This document shows, in pieces, positions 56,335 to 64,000 of a DNA stretch of 64,000 nucleotides. Both the position numbers and the translations under genes were made by a program. The notes under the pieces are model-generated. The model ran no database searches. It saw nothing but the letters and a program-made list of their open reading frames with translations, and was not told the DNA's origin. This DNA comes from a bacterium (GTDB lineage: Bacteria; Hinthialibacterota; Hinthialibacteria; Hinthialibacterales; Hinthialibacteraceae): assembly GCA_041946805.1 (NCBI GenBank), contig JBHGBC010000014.1:1-64000 (forward strand). The letters are read 5' to 3'. How positions within the stretch are numbered: the stretch's first letter is position 1; each line of letters begins with the position of its first letter.

Positions 56335-58521
56335 TTACTCTTCCACGACGAACCAGGTGATGGAGCGGGGTTGCATCTTCACCGGCAGATCGAGACTGGA
56401 ATCCCGTTTCAGTTCCATCCGGCGGCTTTCGCCTTCTTGTTCGCGGATGGAAACGGTTCCAGTGAGGCCTGTGTAATAGAGCGGCAGGCGCAAAGTCGTT
56501 TCGACTGCTTGGTCCAAGGGATTGTACACCATGGCCAGGCCCCGCTCTTTCAAGGCCGGATTGACGTGAAGAACGCAGTCGATCGATTTGTGATCCGGCC
56601 GGCGGACGTGAATGATGTCCGAAGTGAGGATGGCCCGGTATTTTTTGTAGAAATCAACCCACTTTTTCACCACCGCCTTGGTCTCGTCCGTGTCGAAAAG
56701 CCGGGGGCCGCGGTAGCAGGCGATCACCCCGCCGCCGAAATTCAACGCCAGATGCCATTCGTATTCGGTGAGATGTTCGGAGAGCGGTTCGAGGGTGGCC
56801 GCCGGGCCGCCGCCGTGGTATTCGACCAACGGGACGAACATCCAGCCCAGCGTGGGCGGCTTGAGCCAGGTCCCATCGAAGATGTTCTGGCGGGCGAGGA
56901 GAATCTGCCGCCAACGGGGCAAGCTCCAGTTGGTCTCGCGGTACCCCATGGGGAATTTCTGCGCGCCGTTGAAGTAGTAGCGGTCCGGGGTGTTGATATA
57001 GATCCCGCGCTGGAGGCAACGCGCGTAGAAATCCGAACAACGCCGCCATTGTTGGAATTGCGAATCCGCCAGGCCGCGGTGGTGGAGATGGGTGGTGGCG
57101 GCGCACACGTCGCCGTGGTAAGGGCCGTCGGTTTCGATCATGTCCATGCCGGTGGCGTCGATGAAATTCAAGACACGGCGGAAATACCCGTCCGACCATT
57201 CACTCGCCAGGCACGCGCTCTGGCCGAATTTGCTCCCCGGTTTGCCGGTGGCGGGGTCGACGCAATTGTTTTCGGGGCCGGCATCCCGCGAGGCGCACAT
57301 CAGGGTGTAACCGCCGATCTCGATCCCCTTGGAATGGGCGTATTCCACATCGGCCTTGAAGCGGGCGATGTAAGCGGGATCCTCGCTTTCCATGTCAAAG
57401 CCGCTCCAGAAGGTGAGAATGACCATTTCGAAGCCCACCGCCGCGCACTGGCCGATGGCCAGCCGCACGTGGTCCGAATCGGCGTTGCGGACGTGCATGA
57501 AGATGGGGTTCTCGGTGACCTGGGGCAGCAGGGTCCGGAGCATGCGGCGGATGGACAGGCCTTGGCGCTCGCGGTCGTCGCTGTCGTGCAGAATTTCAAA
57601 GACGGTATAGGATTCGAAGGATTCACCCGGCTCCAGCATCACACCGGGGCCGCGGGGATAGGAACTGGTGAAGAGCACCGGCGACTGATAGAGGTAATCC
57701 ACCTGCGAGGTGTACGCGAGGTCGGGGCCCCAGTGGCTGGTCTCCATGCCGTCGAAGGCGAAGGTGCTTTCCGCGTGAAAGCGGGCAGTTTGCGCTTCGT
57801 TCACGGCCAGGATCTCGACCGTGGCGGAATCGATATGGACATCGGCGGGCGTGCCGTTGGTGACCGAAATCCACTTGGCCATCACCGGAAGGCCGTCGTA
57901 GAGTTCGTAATGCACAACCACGTCCAGCCCTTTGTATTTCTCCATGGCTGGGGTGGGAGGATCGAAATGGACGGTCAGGGCGACGCCGCGCGGCGGCCAG
58001 GGGACGTTTTCGGAAAACCGCCGCGGCTGCCACGGAAAGCGCGCGCGGGGCGTTCCGGTTTCGAGGCGGGAATAGACGAAGGCGTGGGGACCGGCCGGCA
58101 TTTCGGCCAGCCACCGGGGATCGAGATATCCGAGATCCGGTTGGCCGGTGAGGCCGCCGATGTCATACGTTTCGCCATCGAGCGTGATCCGCGCCTCGGG
58201 CTTCACGCCGCGCAGCAGGCCGTCGCCGGTCAGGCGGTTAACGAGGTCGGCGGTGGCGATGTTCGGGCCGAGATAGAACACACGGGAGACCAGGCCGTTG
58301 TCCATTGCCAGAAAGCACGGTTGATCCGGCTTTTGGGCGGGGATTTCATCACTTCCATCGATCTGGATTCCCGCCTGCTCGGCCACGGATTGCACCAGCC
58401 AGTCGCCATCCCGCGGCTGGTAGAGATAAGCGGGATAATCCGGCTCGGCGGAAACGGTGGACAGGGCCGCGATGACGAAACCCAACGTGATGCCAGTCGC
58501 ATATTGAATACGTGGATTCAA
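56335..58521 (-). CDS. Secreted alpha-galactosidase-like glycoside hydrolase
   Basis: TTG start with GGAGG RBS; signal peptide; YELYDGLP, YAHSKGIEIGGY and IETDGPY barrel motifs. Confidence 0.65.
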   Translation of the reverse strand: MNPRIQYATGITLGFVIAALSTVSAEPDYPAYLYQPRDGDWLVQSVAEQAGIQIDGSDEIPAQKPDQPCFLAMDNGLVSRVFYLGPNIATADLVNRLTGDGLLRGVKPEARITLDGETYDIGGLTGQPDLGYLDPRWLAEMPAGPHAFVYSRLETGTPRARFPWQPRRFSENVPWPPRGVALTVHFDPPTPAMEKYKGLDVVVHYELYDGLPVMAKWISVTNGTPADVHIDSATVEILAVNEAQTARFHAESTFAFDGMETSHWGPDLAYTSQVDYLYQSPVLFTSSYPRGPGVMLEPGESFESYTVFEILHDSDDRERQGLSIRRMLRTLLPQVTENPIFMHVRNADSDHVRLAIGQCAAVGFEMVILTFWSGFDMESEDPAYIARFKADVEYAHSKGIEIGGYTLMCASRDAGPENNCVDPATGKPGSKFGQSACLASEWSDGYFRRVLNFIDATGMDMIETDGPYHGDVCAATTHLHHRGLADSQFQQWRRCSDFYARCLQRGIYINTPDRYYFNGAQKFPMGYRETNWSLPRWRQILLARQNIFDGTWLKPPTLGWMFVPLVEYHGGGPAATLEPLSEHLTEYEWHLALNFGGGVIACYRGPRLFDTDETKAVVKKWVDFYKKYRAILTSDIIHVRRPDHKSIDCVLHVNPALKERGLAMVYNPLDQAVETTLRLPLYYTGLTGTVSIREQEGESRRMELKRDSSLDLPVKMQPRSITWFVVEE

Positions 58522-58608
58522 AGCGAGTCTCCTCCAGGAAGGGATTGGAAAAAAGTAGAAGATCGCCAGGATTCTGTCAATTGACCCGAAGGGATGAACC
58601 AACCCTGA

Positions 58609-58798
58609 GGATCATCCGGCACGTGTGTACTTTTTCAGACCGCCGGATCGTATCTCTTCGGAAGGATCGGTGAAAACCACTCCCCAAAGTCCCTCTTCCT
58701 CTGGGAGAGGGCCAGGGTGAGGGTATTTATGTTGGTTCTTGGTGTCCCCCCTGGGGGATCGATTGGACCTCATGATGTACGCGCTTCCCGGATGAAAC
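58609..58798 (+). mobile_element. MITE-like element with GG(C/A)TCATCCGG terminus carrying a BoxC-like palindrome
   Basis: First ~140 bp are the reverse complement of 60437-60593 and similar to 62781-62885; CCGGATGAAAC at the other end. Confidence 0.65.
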
Positions 58799-59047
58799 TA
58801 ACCTGAAGGGACGAATAGCGGCGGCCAGGCGGATGATGGCGGACCGCGCCGCGCGTCACGCCCGCCCTCCTGCCGCCCCCAGCCCAACCTTCCCCAACCG
58901 CGGCATCATCTTTAGACTGGAACGGCCACCTCCCCCGCAAACGACACCCGGGGATTGTGTTCTGATTTCTTTTGTTGGAAACTGGCGGGAATGAATCCAG
59001 GGGGATGGATTGGCTCATCGATCCCCGAACGCAAAGGAGGAAGCACC

Positions 59048-59902
59048 ATGATCATTCGACGGAGAGATTTTTTGATTTCCAGCCTGGGCGCGGCCGCCGG
59101 TTTGCACACGTCCGCCCTGGCCGCGATGGCGCAAACCGAGAGACGCAACCGCCCGCCCGCCATCGGGATTCAATTGTATTGCGTGCGCGGGGAATTTGAG
59201 AAAGACGTGCCGGGGACCCTCAAGAAAGTGGCCGAATTGGGTTACCAGGGCGTGGAGTTCTACGGCTACGGCGGCACGGAAAACGTATTCCAGGACTGGC
59301 CGGCCGAAAAACTCCGCGCGCTGTTGGATGAAAACAAAATCCGCTGCTGCGGCATCCACATGAGCGTCGGGGCGATTCAAGGGGACGCCCTGGCCCGCAC
59401 GGTCAAAAACAACGAAATCCTGGGCAACCGCTTTCTGATCGTCGCCGCGGCGACTGACTACATGGAATCGCCGGAAAAAATCGGCCAGTTCGCCAAACTC
59501 CTCAACGAAACCGCCGAAAAAGTCCGCGAGCAGCGGATGCGGGTCGGCTACCATTGCCACGCATTCGATTTCAAGAAAATCAATGACCAAACCGGCTGGG
59601 ATCTTCTCTTCAGCCAGGCCGCGCCCAATGTCGTGATGCAAGTGGATACCGGAAACTGCGCCGAAGGCGGCGGGGATCCGATCGCGATTTTGAAGAAATT
59701 CCCCAACCGGGCGGCCACGTTTCACGTCAAGGGATATGCCGGCGCGCCCCTGCAAGCCGATAATCCCGTCTGGAAGGAAATCATTCAACTGTGCAAGGAC
59801 CTGCACCGGACCCGGTGGTACATCGTGGAAGAAGGCGAAGCCGAAAACCAAGGTTTCGGTATCGCCCAAGCCAGCATCGAATGCCTGAAAAAGATGATCT
59901 AA
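59048..59902 (+). CDS. Tat-exported sugar phosphate isomerase/epimerase (xylose-isomerase-like TIM barrel)
   Basis: RRRDFL signal; GIQLY, GYQGVEF, GYHCH, QVDTG, HVK and IVEE; AAGGAGG RBS. Confidence 0.88.
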   Translation: MIIRRRDFLISSLGAAAGLHTSALAAMAQTERRNRPPAIGIQLYCVRGEFEKDVPGTLKKVAELGYQGVEFYGYGGTENVFQDWPAEKLRALLDENKIRCCGIHMSVGAIQGDALARTVKNNEILGNRFLIVAAATDYMESPEKIGQFAKLLNETAEKVREQRMRVGYHCHAFDFKKINDQTGWDLLFSQAAPNVVMQVDTGNCAEGGGDPIAILKKFPNRAATFHVKGYAGAPLQADNPVWKEIIQLCKDLHRTRWYIVEEGEAENQGFGIAQASIECLKKMI

Positions 59903-60033
59903 GCCCTTGGTATTATTGCCTTAGTCAAGCACATCGGTTATCCAGCGGAGTTAGGGCTTTGATACACAAAGGCCAGGGCTCCGCTGTTGCTTTGAATGGG
60001 ATTATGTAACCAGGACGGATCTGATGACAAAAA

Positions 60034-60593
60034 GGCTCATCCGGCCTGCGCGTCCATTTTCCAAAGGGGGTGACCGGTTTCCAACGGATCAGGCCTGAGA
60101 GAACCACCCCAACTTCCCTCTCCCTTTGAGAAAGGACGAGGATAAGGAAAAGCCCTTTCGCTTTGGTTTACCTCTACCGGTTTCGTACCCTCTTTCACTT
60201 ACCGGTAAAATGAGTCCCCTTCAAGAGACGGCTTTCCAGCAGCTCAGGATTTCAACCTTGGGCAAATGGCCTCGGATGTACCCACTGCTCGGATGAATCG
60301 TATACAATTCCCTCTTCCTCCGGGAAAGAGCCAGAGTGAGGTAAAGCCCTGAATGGGTGGAATACATACGGTTCATCCGAGAAGTGCAAACATAATGAAT
60401 AATGAGGTGAAAACGATTCCATTCACTCCGGGATGAGGGCGGACACCAAGCTCCGCCCCAACAATAATACCCTCACCCTCACCCTGGCCCTCTCCCAGAG
60501 GGAGAGGGAATTTTGGGGGGTGGTTTTCATCGATCAATTCGAAGAGATGCGAACCGGCGATTTGAAAAAAAGTACGCCCTTGCCGGATGAGCC
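60034..60593. mobile_element. Non-coding MITE-like element with perfect 12-bp TIRs GGCTCATCCGGC/GCCGGATGAGCC
   Basis: TIRs at 60034-60045 and 60582-60593; interior contains BoxC-like and REP modules and extra TIR-like half-sites. Confidence 0.65.
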
Positions 60594-60695
60594 ATACATA
60601 ATATGCGCGCCACCAGATAATCGTAACATGGTATTGTTTAATGCTAACTGTTGACGGAATTGCAGAGAAAACAAGAATTCCGCCCTTTCAGGGCT

Positions 60696-60800
60696 TCCCT
60701 CACCCTAACCCTCTCCCAGAGGGAGAGGGGATTATTCCTTTTGCCGTTCTTTTCCCAGGGCTTATGCCTGGGCTTTACTCATACCGCGCCGTTGGCGCTT
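60696..60800. repeat. BoxC-like palindrome + family E repeat
   Basis: cccagggctt...actcat.ccgcgccgttggcg shared with 62906-62955. Confidence 0.7.
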
Positions 60801-61051
60801 AATAGCGGTACCGCAAGCCGGTAAATAGTTACGTTTTATCATATAATGGACAAACTCAACCGAATCTAGCGCCTTCTCCGCACCGCCTTCCGGATTGTAC
60901 GTTTTGACAGTATCTTATATATACCATTGCTTCTTGCCTGCTCATCTCCGCCGCGTATCCAATCCCGGAAAGATATCGTGCGTTTTCCCGCGGGACGAGG
61001 ATTTGATACACCGGCTCGTTTTATTTCCATCCAAACACACGGGAGTGTTTC

Positions 61052-62731
<1,680 letters not shown>

Positions 62732-62780
62732 AGGGAGATCCACGCTCAAGCGTTGCCGGATATACCTTTTTCATGTTCAG

Positions 62781-62980
62781 GGCTCATCCGGCAAGGACGT
62801 ACTGATTAAACATAGCCGGTTCGCGCCGGTTCGCGGGGATCGATGAAAACCACGCCCTGCAATTCCCTCTCCCCGGGGGCGGGAATTCTTTCTTTCGCCG
62901 TCTTTTTCCCAGGGCTTGCTCCCTGTACTATACTCATGCCGCGCCGTTGGCGTTCTAAATCTGTACGGTCCGGTAAAAGT
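62781..62980 (+). mobile_element. Third copy of the GGCTCATCCGGC-ended MITE-like element (degenerate)
   Basis: ggctcatccggcaaggacgtact...gccggttcgc...gatcgatgaaaaccac matches the reverse complement of 60520-60593. Confidence 0.6.
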
Positions 62981-63006
62981 CACTCTTTTTTATAAGAAGG
63001 AGATGG

Positions 63007-63246
63007 ATGATGAATAGAAATGGGATGCTTCTCGTGCTGTTTCCGTTGGTGACTTTCACGTCGTGCGCCACGATCAGTCCGGAGATGGTCAAGGCGGAAC
63101 GGACATCGTATAACGCCATCGCGCCGGATTATTTGAAATATGTCAACAGTGATGCCACGTTGTCGATCGATCAAAAAGTCAGCCGCAATAGTCTGGTGCA
63201 ATCCTGGGATGCACAGATCAAGAAATTAGAAGAAAAAGTGAAATAA
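63007..63246 (+). CDS. Small lipoprotein
   Basis: AAGGAG RBS; lipobox-like FTSC. Confidence 0.7.
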   Translation: MMNRNGMLLVLFPLVTFTSCATISPEMVKAERTSYNAIAPDYLKYVNSDATLSIDQKVSRNSLVQSWDAQIKKLEEKVK

Positions 63247-63338
63247 AGTGATATAAAGTGAAATAAAAACCGGGAGGGGGATGAAATCCGAGCGCGGCGC
63301 GGTCCGCCCCGCATAGACGGTACTGCCGAATTCCCCCC

Positions 63339-63998
63339 TCACGGAAACTCCCTCACCAGCCGCAGGCCGTAATACCGGAAGCGGACATCCCCCGATACGG
63401 CAAAGCGGGAGGCGGAGCGGCACAAGATAGATTCGTGGAACCAGCTGCCGCCGCGCAGCACCCGGTACGTGCCATACGCCGGGCCGCGGGGATTGGTCTG
63501 GGCCTCCAGCGGGTAGGGGTTGGACCAGTCCGAGCACCATTCGAACACGTTCCCGGCCATATCATACAATCCCCAGGCATTCGGCTGTTTGGAACCCACC
63601 GGCATCGTTTCGGTGGTGTTGCCCACATACCAGGCGTAGGGATCGATGGCCTTGGCGTCGTCACCCCAGTAAAAACGCGTGGCGGTCCCCGCCCGGCAGG
63701 CGTATTCCCATTCCGCCTCGGTCGGATGGCGGAATTTCCCTACGTACTTTTGATTCAAGCGGCGGATGAACTCCAGACCGTCGCGGTAGGACAACTGATC
63801 GACGGGATTGTCCGGCCGGCCGGGAAACGTGGAGGGATTGGTCCCCATGACCGCCTCCCATTGCGCCTGGGTGATTTCGTATTGGCTGATATAAAAATCA
63901 TACGTGAGCGTCACCTGGTGCTGGGGCAGTTCGTCGTCGTCATGATCGGGGTCCGTGGCGGGCGATCCCATCAGAAAGCGGCCGGACTTGATCAGCAC
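63339..63998 (-). CDS. FGE-sulfatase (SUMF1) domain protein, 5'-partial at the window edge
   Basis: YEITQAQW, PTEAEWEYACRAG, NAWGLYDMAGNVFEW and RGGSW. Confidence 0.9.
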   Translation of the reverse strand: MLIKSGRFLMGSPATDPDHDDDELPQHQVTLTYDFYISQYEITQAQWEAVMGTNPSTFPGRPDNPVDQLSYRDGLEFIRRLNQKYVGKFRHPTEAEWEYACRAGTATRFYWGDDAKAIDPYAWYVGNTTETMPVGSKQPNAWGLYDMAGNVFEWCSDWSNPYPLEAQTNPRGPAYGTYRVLRGGSWFHESILCRSASRFAVSGDVRFRYYGLRLVREFP

Positions 63999-64000
63999 CA

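Noticed and set aside
55402..58584. 1060-aa plus-strand ORF
   Set aside because: Overlaps the O-ligase gene out of frame and is antisense to the glycosidase-like gene; no motifs; typical high-GC shadow ORF

Overview
A GC-rich bacterial chromosomal window with about 40 credible genes. No rRNA, tRNA, CRISPR array or intact transposase was recognised. By inference, the gene style (expanded prepilin-like family, WD40 and FGE-sulfatase proteins, secreted proteins ending in a V-P-x-W tail) suggests a Sumerlaeota/Hinthialibacterota(OLB16)-like lineage. Main contents: a WD40-Roc-COR-like-Zn-ribbon protein beside a MazG-like gene; several secreted glycoside-hydrolase-like proteins; a decayed SDR gene and an ISL3 remnant; three paralogous prepilin-like genes; a NagB-like/Gfo-Idh-MocA/PIG-L trio; a pilB-pilT-pilB operon; an envelope region (TPR, three GT-C-like membrane proteins, GT9, O-antigen-ligase-TPR, SpoIIE phosphatase, ECF sigma/anti-sigma); SMUG1; and ilvD. 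Many intergenic spaces are built from combined palindromic repeat modules and MITE-like elements. The strongest candidates for an undescribed system are a short Trp-containing C-terminal tag on unrelated secreted proteins, a constant-ends/variable-middle pilin-like family near dual PilB ATPases and GT-C enzymes, and the modular repeat/MITE system. All functional calls come from motif recognition by eye, not database searches.
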